Shown: positions 1-9,249, numbered from the stretch's first letter. The stretch: DNA of 64,000 bases from Bacillota bacterium (GCA_021793215.1 JAJYTE010000005.1:25593-89592), one strand, 5' to 3'. Numbers and translations are program-made. Notes: a model not told the origin generated them from the sequence alone.

Positions 1-60
1 GCGCTAAGGTGGCGCGTGAGACCAAGGGATCCCTGGCGCCTCTAGCGAAGCAGTGACCGC

Positions 61-474
61 ATGAGCGACATCTTTCGGATCAGGCAGCCTCTCGATGAAG
101 CGCTCGGCTTCACCGTGCGGCTGGCGGAACCGCGCCGCATGGAGGCAGACCTGCCGCTTCGGGGCCTCGCGGTGAACAGCGTCGGCCGCGCGCATGGCGG
201 CGGCCTCGTGTCGGTCGCCGACGCGCTGATGGCGAACCTCGCCGGCCCACCGGATGATGCGAGCGGTGCCCAGCGCGCCGTCACCGTCGACCTGCACGTC
301 CACTTCCTGCGCGCGGCGCGGGGCGAGTCGCTGCGGTTCTCTGCCGAACTGCTGCGTGCAGGGCGTCGCGTTTCCTTCGCCGAGTGCAAAGTGTACGACG
401 GGGAGGGCATGCTGGTCGCCCAGGTGAGCGGGAGCTACGCCACCCTCGACGAGGAGCCGCCCAGGGGCCTTTAG
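61..474 (+). CDS. PaaI/hotdog-fold acyl-CoA thioesterase
   Basis: 137-aa ORF with the hotdog 4HBT-like pattern (…NSVGRAHGGGLVSVADALM…VTVDLHVHFLRAA…). Confidence 0.65.
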   Translation: MSDIFRIRQPLDEALGFTVRLAEPRRMEADLPLRGLAVNSVGRAHGGGLVSVADALMANLAGPPDDASGAQRAVTVDLHVHFLRAARGESLRFSAELLRAGRRVSFAECKVYDGEGMLVAQVSGSYATLDEEPPRGL

Positions 475-953
475 AGATGCTTCAGCATCGTCCAGCTGCC
501 GTCCACGGCACCGACCTTGGTCCAACCGAGCCGCTGGTAGAGGCGCGGTGCCGGGTTGCGTGGATCGACGCTCAGCGAGAGCGCCCGGATGCCGGCGGAC
601 CGCGCGTGGGCCCCGAGCCCGGCGAGCAACCGCGTGCCGACGACCTGGCCCCGCGCCCACGGCTCGAGCGCGATGCCGATCTCGGGGACGTCTTCCGCCA
701 CGTAGCCGAAGCCGGGATGATCGCTCGGCATGAACCTCAGCCACGCGGCACCCGCCAGGCGTTCACCGCACTCCGCGACCAGGGCGAAGTCCCCGATTCG
801 GCCCCACTCGTGCAGGCAGTGGGCGATCCTCGGTTCGTCCAGGATCGTCCGCGCAGGGGGCGGCTCGCCTGGGGGGACGAAGATCGACTGATACAGCATC
901 TCGGTTAGGAAGCCGAGGTCCGCCAGCCCCGCCGGACGAAGCCCCAATCCCAC
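471..953 (-). CDS. GNAT family N-acetyltransferase
   Basis: 160 aa with a GNAT core (…GYVAEDVPEIGIAL…RGQVVGTRLLAGLGAHARSAGIRALSLSV…LYQRLGW). Its stop overlaps the neighbouring ORF. Confidence 0.65.
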   Translation of the reverse strand: MGLGLRPAGLADLGFLTEMLYQSIFVPPGEPPPARTILDEPRIAHCLHEWGRIGDFALVAECGERLAGAAWLRFMPSDHPGFGYVAEDVPEIGIALEPWARGQVVGTRLLAGLGAHARSAGIRALSLSVDPRNPAPRLYQRLGWTKVGAVDGSWTMLKHL

Positions 954-1018
954 TTCTCCACCCCGCGATCGCCGTCTTCGGCAACAACCCCGAATGCCTT
1001 TTCCACGGAGGAACCGCC

Positions 1019-1201
1019 GTGCTGATCTCCATCTTCATGATCGTCGCGCTCGTCGCCGCTCTGGTCGCGCTGCCGGTCGCCGCGCAAGGCTCCCGGCGCA
1101 GCGCGCTGATCCTCTGGATCGCGATCGGCGTGATCTGCGTCGTCGGCCTCGCGCTCGCCTACCGCCTGGCGACCAGCCCGAACCCCTTCTTCTTCACATA
1201 G
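1019..1201 (+). CDS. small hydrophobic membrane protein (2 TM), hypothetical
   Basis: 60-aa ORF with two hydrophobic helices. No recognisable family. Confidence 0.3.
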   Translation: MLISIFMIVALVAALVALPVAAQGSRRSALILWIAIGVICVVGLALAYRLATSPNPFFFT

Positions 1202-1246
1202 GCGCAAGCTGACACGCATGCCTCGTGCCGCCTCGTAGAATGCGAT

Positions 1247-1768
1247 ATGTTACCCCACTTCGCCAAGACCGGAAATCTCCCCCCGGGCATTCACAGCGCG
1301 AGCTGGCCCGAAGTACTCCGTCGGTTCGGTACGAACGGCCACCGACGCCGCCTTCTCCGACGCGTGCGGCCGGCGCTAGGCGCGCTCAAGCGGGCCGGCT
1401 GCACCAGCGTGTACCTCGCCGGGAGCTTCGTCAGCAGCAAGAAGCTGCCCGGGGACATCGACGTACTGTGGGATCCCGCCGGTGTCGACACGACTGTGCT
1501 CGACCGCCTCGCGCCGATCCTTGCGGACGATTCGCCCTCCGGAAGAGCGGAGCACAAGCGCCGCTACGGAGCGGAGTTCATCCCCACCACCGTACCGAGA
1601 TCCGGCGCCCCCTACCTCGATTTCTTTCAGACGGAGAAAGGGACCGATGCACCGCGCGGCATCGTCCGGCTGGATCTGCGACGGTTCCCCTGCATGCGGG
1701 CATCTCTCCAAGCGCATTGCCGCCGTACGCCGGTGGGTTGGCCGCGCGGTTGGCGCCAACCTCGATAA
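1247..1768 (+). CDS. nucleotidyltransferase-fold protein (minimal NTase motif GS-x9-13-DhD)
   Basis: Motif YLAGSFVSSKKLPGDIDVLWD is typical of the pol-beta superfamily nucleotidyltransferase fold. The C-terminal ~40 aa are Arg-rich, so the 3' boundary is uncertain. Confidence 0.4.
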   Translation: MLPHFAKTGNLPPGIHSASWPEVLRRFGTNGHRRRLLRRVRPALGALKRAGCTSVYLAGSFVSSKKLPGDIDVLWDPAGVDTTVLDRLAPILADDSPSGRAEHKRRYGAEFIPTTVPRSGAPYLDFFQTEKGTDAPRGIVRLDLRRFPCMRASLQAHCRRTPVGWPRGWRQPR

Positions 1769-1810
1769 CCCGGGGACACCTCGCTATGTCACCTCATACT
1801 CTGGGTTGAG

Positions 1811-2500
1811 GTGATGGATGTGATCTGTCCGTCGGGAACCTTTCCCCACAACTACCAGCAGGGGGAGACGTTCTACTCTCTCGCGCAGCGGTACCACACT
1901 ACCGTCGGTGCCATCCAGGCCGCGAACCCAACCCTCGACCCCTATAACCTCCAGCCGGGCATGGTCATCTGCATCCCGCAGGCCCCTCCGTCCAGCGCCT
2001 GTCCGCCGGGAACCTTCCCGTACACCGCGGTGCAGGGTGACACCTTCTTCCTGCTCGCCCAGCGCTTCAACACGACGGTCGCCGCGCTGAAGGCCGCAAA
2101 CCCCACCGTCGACCCCTACAACATCCAGCCAGGCATGGTCCTCTGCATCCCGCAGTCCACGCCCAGCACCTGCCCGCCGGGAACCTTCCCGTACACCGCG
2201 GTGCAGGGTGACACCTTCTACAGCCTCGCGAAGCGCTTCAACACGACCATCGCCGCACTGAAGTTGGCAAACCCCACCGTCGACCCCTACAACATCCAGC
2301 CGGGCACGGTCCTCTGCATCCCGCACTCCACGCCCAGCACCTGCCCGCCGGGAACCTTCCCGTACACCGCGGTGCAGGGTGACACCTTCTACAGCCTCGC
2401 CAAGCGTTTCAACACGACGGTCGCCGCACTGAAGGCCGCGAACCCCACCGTCGACCCCTACAACATCCAGCCCGGAACCCAGATCTGCATTCCCTGCTGA
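1811..2500 (+). CDS. LysM-domain protein with four tandem Cys-flanked LysM repeats and no signal peptide
   Basis: Four ~57-aa repeats CPPGTFPYTAVQGDTF(Y/F)SLA(K/Q)RFNTT(V/I)AALKAANPTVDPYNIQPG…CIP. An SD-like GAGGTGA sits upstream of the ATG. The protein opens directly into the first repeat. Confidence 0.85.
   Translation: MMDVICPSGTFPHNYQQGETFYSLAQRYHTTVGAIQAANPTLDPYNLQPGMVICIPQAPPSSACPPGTFPYTAVQGDTFFLLAQRFNTTVAALKAANPTVDPYNIQPGMVLCIPQSTPSTCPPGTFPYTAVQGDTFYSLAKRFNTTIAALKLANPTVDPYNIQPGTVLCIPHSTPSTCPPGTFPYTAVQGDTFYSLAKRFNTTVAALKAANPTVDPYNIQPGTQICIPC
2003..2500 (+). repeat. tandem DNA repeat, period 171 nt, 3 near-identical units (LysM modules 2-4)
   Basis: Units starting at ~2003, ~2174 and ~2345 are roughly 90-95% identical at the nucleotide level by eye. 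Confidence 0.8.
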
Positions 2501-2686
2501 TCGTACGAAAGGGGCGCCTCGCGACGTAGCGGGGCGTCCCTTTCCCTTCCGCCCACTCCTTACCGTCGGCGAACTCGAGCGGGTCTTGCGCGGTGGACTG
2601 TGGACATGCCGGGGGAGAGTTCCGTCCCTCGCTGAGCGCCGTGACGAGCAATGGTCGTGTCCGCCCGAGGCCATCCTGCTCGCGCC

Positions 2687-3595
2687 TCAAGGTGCCCGCC
2701 AGAAGACGTAGGGCTCCGCCGCCGAAGAGACGTGCAGAGAACCGTCATCTGTGACCCAGATCGCAGCCAACCCCCGCGCGGCCTCAACGATGCCGCTCTG
2801 GCCGCGCAGGAACAGGGTCTTGCTTTGCACCTCCGCCCACGCGGGATCGACGGAGATCACCGTGACGGCCAAGATCCCCTCTCCGCCAGGCCTGCCGGTG
2901 CGGGGATCGATCAGGTGGTGCACCTTCTGCCCCGCATGCATCCAAGACAGGCGAGCGATCGATGACGTGCAGACGGCGCCGCGCGCCGCGATGCGCACCG
3001 CGGCCTTGAGCGTCTCGGGCGCATGGGGATCCTCGACTCCGATCTGCCAGCCGCCGCCATCCGGCCCGCGCCCCTCGGCGATCAGGTCCCCGCCGGCATT
3101 AAGCAGGAAGTTGCCGGTTACCCGTCGCGCAATGCGGGCTGCCCAGCGGACCGCAAGCCCCTTGCCGATCCCTCCGAGGTCCAAGGGTGCGCGCAGGAGT
3201 ACCTGCCGATGGCGCGGGTCGCGCCCGAGCCAAACTCCCGGCTGTTCGGCCGGTGCATGGGCCCTCGGCACTCCGACGTAGCCGTACTCCTCCAACCGAA
3301 CCAGCACGCGGGGATCGAAGAGGCCGTCGGTACGCCGCCACGCCTGCAAGGACGCTGAGAGCGCCTTGTAGAGCCGGGGGGAAACCGCCGCCCAATCTCC
3401 GACATGCTCGTTCAGCAGCACCAGTTCCGCGCCCTCACGAAAGCGCGAAAGCGCCTGCTCGCTCGCTCCGATGTCCTCCGCCACCGCGCGCGCAACCGCC
3501 TGCCCGACGTCCTCGCCGAGCCCAGGCAGATGCAGGCTGATCGGCGAGGCCATCGCGCTCCAGCGGTAGACGCTGCGCTCGGCGCGAACCGTCAC
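2687..3595 (-). CDS. apbE: FAD:protein FMN transferase (ApbE family)
   Basis: 302 aa with hallmark ApbE segments (…DLGGIGKGLAV…, …HHLIDPRTGRP…). Its start overlaps the stop of the upstream small ORF. Confidence 0.85.
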   Translation of the reverse strand: MTVRAERSVYRWSAMASPISLHLPGLGEDVGQAVARAVAEDIGASEQALSRFREGAELVLLNEHVGDWAAVSPRLYKALSASLQAWRRTDGLFDPRVLVRLEEYGYVGVPRAHAPAEQPGVWLGRDPRHRQVLLRAPLDLGGIGKGLAVRWAARIARRVTGNFLLNAGGDLIAEGRGPDGGGWQIGVEDPHAPETLKAAVRIAARGAVCTSSIARLSWMHAGQKVHHLIDPRTGRPGGEGILAVTVISVDPAWAEVQSKTLFLRGQSGIVEAARGLAAIWVTDDGSLHVSSAAEPYVFWRAP

Positions 3596-3939
3596 GGGAG
3601 CCCGGACGCCCCCGTGGTGGCCTGGACGGTCGGTACCGAGATGCTGCCGAAGCTTTGCACCTTCGGCGCGGGCGGCGGCGTCTGCTGCTTCAGCGCGGCG
3701 AGCTCGCTCTGCAGCGAGGTCTCCTGCGCTGTGATGCTCGTGAGGGAGCGCTGGCTTTGCTTGAGCTTCGCGGCCAGGGCCTTGTCCTTCAACGCCGCCT
3801 GCTTCACCTGTCGCGCGAGCTGCGCTCTCCGCGCGCCCTGGGCGGCGACGCCTCGGAGCGACGCGACGACGGGGACCAGGGCGAAGCTATAGAGGGCGGC
3901 GGCCGCGGCGAGGATCGCCAGGAGCCGTCCGACGTACAC
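3592..3939 (-). CDS. membrane-anchored coiled-coil protein ending in …VQATTGASGLP (candidate FMN acceptor)
   Basis: Probable GTG start at 3939. One N-terminal TM helix (LLAILAAAAALYSFALVPVV) is followed by a Q/A/K-rich coiled coil. The C-terminal T-G-A-S matches the ApbE [S/T]GA[S/T] sequon. The stop overlaps the apbE start. Confidence 0.4.
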   Translation of the reverse strand: MYVGRLLAILAAAAALYSFALVPVVASLRGVAAQGARRAQLARQVKQAALKDKALAAKLKQSQRSLTSITAQETSLQSELAALKQQTPPPAPKVQSFGSISVPTVQATTGASGLP

Positions 3940-3985
3940 TCCACCCCGGTTGGGCCCCTGCCGTACAGCGTGCCTGGCGACCTGT

Positions 3986-4369
3986 CTAGTCGTCCCCGCC
4001 GCCTCCCCCGTCGTCACCGTGTCCGCCTCCGCCGGAGGCGCCTGTCGTCGTCTGCACCACTGGAGGCTGCGCCTTGGCCGCAGCTGCAGCAGCGGCCTGC
4101 GCTGCTTTGATGTCCGCCTTCGTGACCGCCACCGACACCCGCAGGTTCGCAACCTGCGCGGCCGCCTGCGCGTCCTGGCGCTCTGTCTGCTGGACCGCGG
4201 TCGTGAGCTTGCCAGCGGCCGCGCGCTGCGCGACGAGTGTCGACCGCAGGGGGCTCAGCGGCGGCGACGTGATCGGGGCCGGTTGCGCGGCATTCGCCGC
4301 AGCCACTGCACCGACCAGGGCGCCTCCGGTACCGATCACGGTTAGGGCGCGACGAAACGCTCGGTTCAT
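3986..4369 (-). CDS. secreted Ala/Gln-rich low-complexity protein ending in …VQTTTGASGGGGHGDDGGGGGDD (candidate FMN acceptor)
   Basis: N-terminal signal-like segment MNRAFRRALTVIGTGGALVGAVAAANAA. The C-terminal VQTTTGASG motif is shared with the next ORF. Its start overlaps the stop of the ferric-reductase-like gene at 4366. Confidence 0.5.
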   Translation of the reverse strand: MNRAFRRALTVIGTGGALVGAVAAANAAQPAPITSPPLSPLRSTLVAQRAAAGKLTTAVQQTERQDAQAAAQVANLRVSVAVTKADIKAAQAAAAAAAKAQPPVVQTTTGASGGGGHGDDGGGGGDD

Positions 4370-5031
4370 ACCCTCTTCCCTCCAGCCGGGGCGGCCTTGC
4401 GCCGCTGCGGCATCTCGAGCCAGTAGCGAGTCCCACCAGCTGCCAGGACGATTCCCGCGAGCCCGAAGTACATGAAACGCAGGGCGATGCTGTCACTGCC
4501 TGAAAGCATGCCATGGGTCCAGGCGAGCGCGAAGACGAGCATGGCGCCGCGGTGTATGTACAGCCAGAGTTTGGGCGGCAGCTTCTGCGCGTAGCTGGCG
4601 CTGAGCGCGGTTAGCGCCATGGCGTAGAGCGCCACGGTCCCCAGCGCGACGGCTGTCGCACGGTAACCCGCCTGCCCTGGCACGAGCGCGCCGATGATGC
4701 TCACGTGTGCGTACTTGTCCATAACGATCGCGACGATGTGCACGAGGACGAACGCGAAGACGAACGTCGACAGGTAGCGGTGCCAGACGAGCATCGACTT
4801 GGTCTGCTTCCAGAAGGCCCGGTTGATCGGGTGGCTCATCAGGGTGCCCAAGACGACGAGCCCCGCGAGCAGGACGAGCGCCGCGAGGCCAGCGCTACGG
4901 GCGATGATCCAGGGTAGGTTGCGCTCGTAGAAGGCGGTGTGCGGGACCGCGCGCCACGTCAAGGCGAGCAGCACGAGCACCAGGGCAGAGATGCCCGAAA
5001 CTGTTCCCTTGACCCCCAGGCGACCTGGCAT
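4366..5031 (-). CDS. ferric-reductase-like transmembrane heme-b protein (MsrQ/YedZ-like)
   Basis: Six predicted TM helices. His pairs spaced 13 residues apart lie in two helices (HRYLSTFVFAFVLVH; HRGAMLVFALAWTH), as in the ferric reductase heme-binding domain. Confidence 0.55.
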   Translation of the reverse strand: MPGRLGVKGTVSGISALVLVLLALTWRAVPHTAFYERNLPWIIARSAGLAALVLLAGLVVLGTLMSHPINRAFWKQTKSMLVWHRYLSTFVFAFVLVHIVAIVMDKYAHVSIIGALVPGQAGYRATAVALGTVALYAMALTALSASYAQKLPPKLWLYIHRGAMLVFALAWTHGMLSGSDSIALRFMYFGLAGIVLAAGGTRYWLEMPQRRKAAPAGGKRV

Positions 5032-5480
5032 CCGCGCCCCCCTCGTCGTACCGTCGCGGTACGGCCATTCGTGCTGGCAGTCTAGCCAATGTAGATGAAT
5101 TTTCGCCTAAAACGGGAGTGGCACCGAGCCGGGGAGATGAGCCCTCCACACACTCCCCCGCGCCGCGCTGGTATCACCATCCTTTGGGACCACGTTTCTT
5201 CTCTCTTCGAGGCCTGTCGCCAGGGTGTGTCCGTCGGGCGGCAAATCGAGGCGACTTCGCCGACTGGTGGGATGTGATCCCGGCCGCGGATCGTCTCGGT
5301 GGCGGCCGTTCCCGCCCACCGCGCGGCATGGGACCACGATCCGCGCATTGCTTCGGAGGCGCGGCTCTTGCTGGCAGTCTCGCCAGCGCAGACGCACGTT
5401 CGGCAGTGCTGCGGCGTTGCGCAAGCGGAAGGGAGCGGTTTGCGCGGCTGCGAACATACACCCCGATAGGAGGTCGTGGC

Positions 5481-6965
5481 TTGCAGACGATCGACGGCAC
5501 ATCCCTCAACCCGCTCGCGGTCACCCAGGTCGCAAAAGGCGCCCCTTTCGAGATTCCCGCGGCGGCGATCGGACGCGTCCACGCCGGCGCCGAAGCCCTT
5601 TCCCTCCTCATCGCATCCGGCGAGCCCATCTACGGCGTCACGACCGGCGTCGGGGCGCTCGATCGCTACCCGCTCGAGGTCGAGGCGCGCAGAGCCTTCC
5701 AGCTCTCCCTCGTGCGCAGCCACGCCGCCTCCGTCGGCGACGAGATGAGTCCCGTTGAAGCCCGCGCGATGATGGTCGCGCGCCTCAACGTCTTGGTTCA
5801 GGGGCATAGCGCGGCGCAGTTCGGAACGGTGCAGTTGATGGCGGACTGCCTTCGTCTAGGTGTCACCCCATGCGTGCCGCGCCTCGGATCGACGGGGGCC
5901 AGCGGCGACCTCGCGCCGCTGGCGCACCTCGCATGCATGCTGGTCGGTGAGGGTAGCGCGTGGCTTTCGGGGCGCAGGCTCCCGGCGGCGCAGGCGCTGC
6001 GCGACGTCGGACTGGCTCCGGTCCTGCTCGACGGGCGAGACGGCCTCGCGCTGATCAACGGCTGCGACCAGGCGACGGGCGCAGGTAGTCTCTACCTGCA
6101 GGACGCCGTCCACCTCGCGGATGTCGCCGACCTCGTCGGCGCCGCCTCCGCGGAAGCCCTTTTCGCCTTCTCGTCCGCCTTCGGCGAGGAACTGCACGCG
6201 CTGAAAAGCCACCCTGGCCAGGTCAGTGCCGCGCAGCACATACGGGCCCTGCTGACCGGGTCCTCCGCGATCGACGGACGACCGGGGCTGCGCGACATCC
6301 TCTCGGTGCGTTCCATGCCGCAGGTACACGGCGCGCTGCGCGACGCGCTAGAGACGGCGGAGCTTTGGCTCACGCGCGAACTGAATAGCGCCAACGACAA
6401 CCCGTTGATCTGGTGGGATCCGCCGCGCGTCGTTTCAAATGGAAGCCACTTCCATGGTCAGCACGCGGGCATGGCGCTCGATCTCATCGCGACCGCCGTG
6501 ATCCCTGTCGCGGTGATGTCCGACAGGAGACTGTCGCACATGATGGACGAGCAGCGCACAGGACTCACGCCATTCCTGGCGCCGGAGCCCGGCAGGACGA
6601 GCGGGCTCATGATCCCCCAGTACACGACCGCCGCGCTGGTGGCGCACCTGCGCGCGCAGGGGACGCCGGGGGCGATCCAATCTGTCCCGACCTCGAAGGA
6701 CACGGAGGACCACAACGCGATGACCAGCGTGTCGCTGGAGCGGCTGCGCACGGTGCTCGATCACTCGTGGCAGGTGCTGGCGGTGGAAGCGCTCTCAGCG
6801 ACGCAGGCGCTCGAGGCGCGGGGCGAACCGGTCGGCGAAGGGGCGGCGCGGCTACGCGCGCTCGTACGCACGGTTTCGCCGCCGCTCGCGGACGACCGCA
6901 GTCTCTCGCGCGAGATGATGGCTCTCAAAGAGCTCCTGCGCACCGCATCGGCGGCGGACGCCTAG
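5481..6965 (+). CDS. MIO-dependent aromatic amino acid ammonia-lyase (HAL/PAL family; histidine ammonia-lyase-like)
   Basis: Ala-Ser-Gly MIO triad in LGSTGASGDLAPLAHLA and HAL-like N-terminus (…YGVTTGVGAL…). GGAGG then TTG at 5481 is the probable start. The ORF-track start at 5118 adds an Arg/Pro-rich, implausible N-terminus. Confidence 0.8.
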   Translation: MQTIDGTSLNPLAVTQVAKGAPFEIPAAAIGRVHAGAEALSLLIASGEPIYGVTTGVGALDRYPLEVEARRAFQLSLVRSHAASVGDEMSPVEARAMMVARLNVLVQGHSAAQFGTVQLMADCLRLGVTPCVPRLGSTGASGDLAPLAHLACMLVGEGSAWLSGRRLPAAQALRDVGLAPVLLDGRDGLALINGCDQATGAGSLYLQDAVHLADVADLVGAASAEALFAFSSAFGEELHALKSHPGQVSAAQHIRALLTGSSAIDGRPGLRDILSVRSMPQVHGALRDALETAELWLTRELNSANDNPLIWWDPPRVVSNGSHFHGQHAGMALDLIATAVIPVAVMSDRRLSHMMDEQRTGLTPFLAPEPGRTSGLMIPQYTTAALVAHLRAQGTPGAIQSVPTSKDTEDHNAMTSVSLERLRTVLDHSWQVLAVEALSATQALEARGEPVGEGAARLRALVRTVSPPLADDRSLSREMMALKELLRTASAADA

Positions 6966-8998
6966 CCCGCCGGATGCTCTGAGCGCGCGGCATCGCCCAG
7001 GGGCGTGATGCGTACGCGCGTTGCGTAGAAGGTCGCGCCGCCGCCGAAGTCCGCAAGCTCCGACGAGGTCAGCTGATTGACGTTCCTCCCGCCGGCTTCT
7101 GCGTTCCAGCGCACTGCGTAACTCACCGCGGTGCCAGGCTGCGGCACAGTGCTCGGCACCGCGATGAGTTCCAGCGAGCCCCGGTCGTTCTGGACCAAGA
7201 CCGGCTTCCCGTCGCCGATCCCGAGGCGGTGCATATCCTCCTGCGCCATCAGAAGTTCGGGCTTCGGGTGGCTCTGCCGAAGGCTCGCGACGTTGCCGAA
7301 GCTGGACTTGATCGTCTCGCGGCTGGACGGTGTGAGGAGTTCGAACTCCGCCGGGCCGAGATCCCTTGCGTCCTCCCATCTCTCCACCGCGGTGCCGGGC
7401 GGGGGGATGAGGCGGAACTTGCCGGTCGGCGTCGTGATGGGCGTATCGAGGAAGGGCCTCGTCTCCTTGGCGATGCGCAACCGCTGCACGGGGTTCTCCG
7501 ACAGTGACTCGAGGTTGATACCGGACATGTAAGGATGGTCGGTGTCGAGCGCCTCGCGCATCAGCGTTTGGTCATCCGCCTGGAGCGACGGGTCTGAGAG
7601 GCCAAGCGCGCGTGACAGGCGACGGAAGAACTCCGGGTTCGACACCGCCTCTCCCGGTGGAGGAGCGGCCGGGGTGCTCATCTGCACGTATCGGTGCCAG
7701 TAGGAGGTATGAAGGTCCCAAACTTCCATCGCCATCGCGGCAGGCAGGACGAAGTCGGCGAACTTCGCGGTATCCGTAGGCATTTGCTCGTGCACCACGG
7801 TGAAAAGGTCCTCGCGGGCGAGCCCGCGCAGCACGCGCGCCTGGTCTGGGGCCGTCGCCGCAGGGTTCGAGTTGTAGACGAACAGCGCACGCACCGGCGG
7901 ATCCTCGAGGTCGCAGAGCGCATGGCCGAGTTGCACCATGTTCACCGCACGCGTTTCGGGCTGGGGCCCACCGAGCGGCCTCGGCGCGAAGGCGTCGCCG
8001 TTGCTGAGGAGGAGCCCCCCTCCCACGTCCCGCCAAGCTCCAGTTAGCAGGGAGAGCGCCGAGATGGCCCATACGGTGGCCGCACTGCGGCGCTGCCGCT
8101 GCACCCCGTAGCCGACGCGCAGGAGGAGCGGACGTGCCGCTGCGAGATCGTCGGCCAACTCGCGCAGCGCATCAATGGCTATGCCGGTGACTTCCGACGT
8201 CCGCGTGAGGGTCCAAGGCTCTGCGAGCTCACAGTAGCGATCGAAGCCCTCCGACATCTCCATGACCATCTGGCGGTCGTAGCGGCCCGTCCGCACAAGC
8301 TCCTGGCCGAGTCCCAAAGCGAGCGCGAGGTCCGTTCCCGGGCGCGGCTTCAGGTGGCGGTCGTAACGGGCGGCCGTGTCGGTGCGCAAGGGGTCCACGG
8401 TCCAGATGCGCGCCCCGGCCCTCCTCGCCTCGTCCAGCAGCGGCACCTGGTGGATGTTCGTCGCCATGGGGTTCGCTCCCCAGAGGAGGACGCTGCGCGC
8501 GAGCGGGATGGTTTCAGGGTCCGGTCCGATGCACGAGCCGAACACCCAGCGCAGGGCGGCGTTGCCCGACGCGGTGCAGATCGTCCGGTCGAGCTGCGTC
8601 GCACCGATCGCGCCGAAGAAGCGGGCGTCCAGCGCGCCGCTGCTGAGGTACCCCATGTTGCCGGCGAAGCTGTACGGCAGTACGGCCTCGCCGCCGTACT
8701 CCTCAAGGGTTTCGCGCAGGCGCCTCGCGATCTCCGTGAGCGCCTGATCCCACGAGACGCGCTCGAACTCGCCCGCGCCCTTCGGCCCCGTGCGCCGCAG
8801 CGGGTAGAGCAGGCGATCGCGGTGGTAGAGCCGTTCCATGTACCTGTTGACCTTCAGGCACAGGTAGCCGCGGGTCAGCGGGTGCGCGGGGTCCCCGGAG
8901 ATGCGCGTGATGCTCTCCCCGTTCGACTGGACGCGTAGGCCACAGGTGTCGTAGCAGTCATGTGGGCAGACGCCGTGGACCGTGACTTCCGTGGCCAT
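6962..8998 (-). CDS. molybdopterin-dependent oxidoreductase catalytic subunit (Mo-bisPGD family, N-terminal 4Fe-4S)
   Basis: Start MATEVTVHGVCPHDCYDTCG (C-x2-C-x3-C plus a later Cys) and molybdopterin oxidoreductase-like body. The ORF-track start at 9172 adds 58 implausible residues. Confidence 0.8.
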   Translation of the reverse strand: MATEVTVHGVCPHDCYDTCGLRVQSNGESITRISGDPAHPLTRGYLCLKVNRYMERLYHRDRLLYPLRRTGPKGAGEFERVSWDQALTEIARRLRETLEEYGGEAVLPYSFAGNMGYLSSGALDARFFGAIGATQLDRTICTASGNAALRWVFGSCIGPDPETIPLARSVLLWGANPMATNIHQVPLLDEARRAGARIWTVDPLRTDTAARYDRHLKPRPGTDLALALGLGQELVRTGRYDRQMVMEMSEGFDRYCELAEPWTLTRTSEVTGIAIDALRELADDLAAARPLLLRVGYGVQRQRRSAATVWAISALSLLTGAWRDVGGGLLLSNGDAFAPRPLGGPQPETRAVNMVQLGHALCDLEDPPVRALFVYNSNPAATAPDQARVLRGLAREDLFTVVHEQMPTDTAKFADFVLPAAMAMEVWDLHTSYWHRYVQMSTPAAPPPGEAVSNPEFFRRLSRALGLSDPSLQADDQTLMREALDTDHPYMSGINLESLSENPVQRLRIAKETRPFLDTPITTPTGKFRLIPPPGTAVERWEDARDLGPAEFELLTPSSRETIKSSFGNVASLRQSHPKPELLMAQEDMHRLGIGDGKPVLVQNDRGSLELIAVPSTVPQPGTAVSYAVRWNAEAGGRNVNQLTSSELADFGGGATFYATRVRITPLGDAARSEHPAG

Positions 8999-9249
8999 CC
9001 CATCCTTCCGGGCGCGCGTCGGGACCGGCGAGTGTGGAGTGACTCTCCTCTCCGTCTCAAGTTCCACCCGGCGAAGCGTCCGCCCTGCCGAAAGAGCGTC
9101 TCCTCGGTGCCTTCTCAGCGCCCACGCGGGAATCCCGATGTGCGCGCTGCCCGAGGCTGGGCGATCTGGCAACGGAAGGACCCCTTGGGCTGGGCAGGGA
9201 ATACGGCAGACGTGGCTGCGCGCGCGTCCCGCGCGATTGGGGGGCTAGG

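Noticed and set aside
5118-5480. N-terminal 121 codons of the ORF-track HAL ORF (MAPSRGDEPSTHSPAPRWYHHPLGPRFF…)
   Set aside because: It is Arg/Pro-rich and unlike any HAL/PAL N-terminus. A GGAGG-TTG start at 5481 gives the canonical HAL N-terminus. The upstream part is more likely non-coding leader, reported as a finding.
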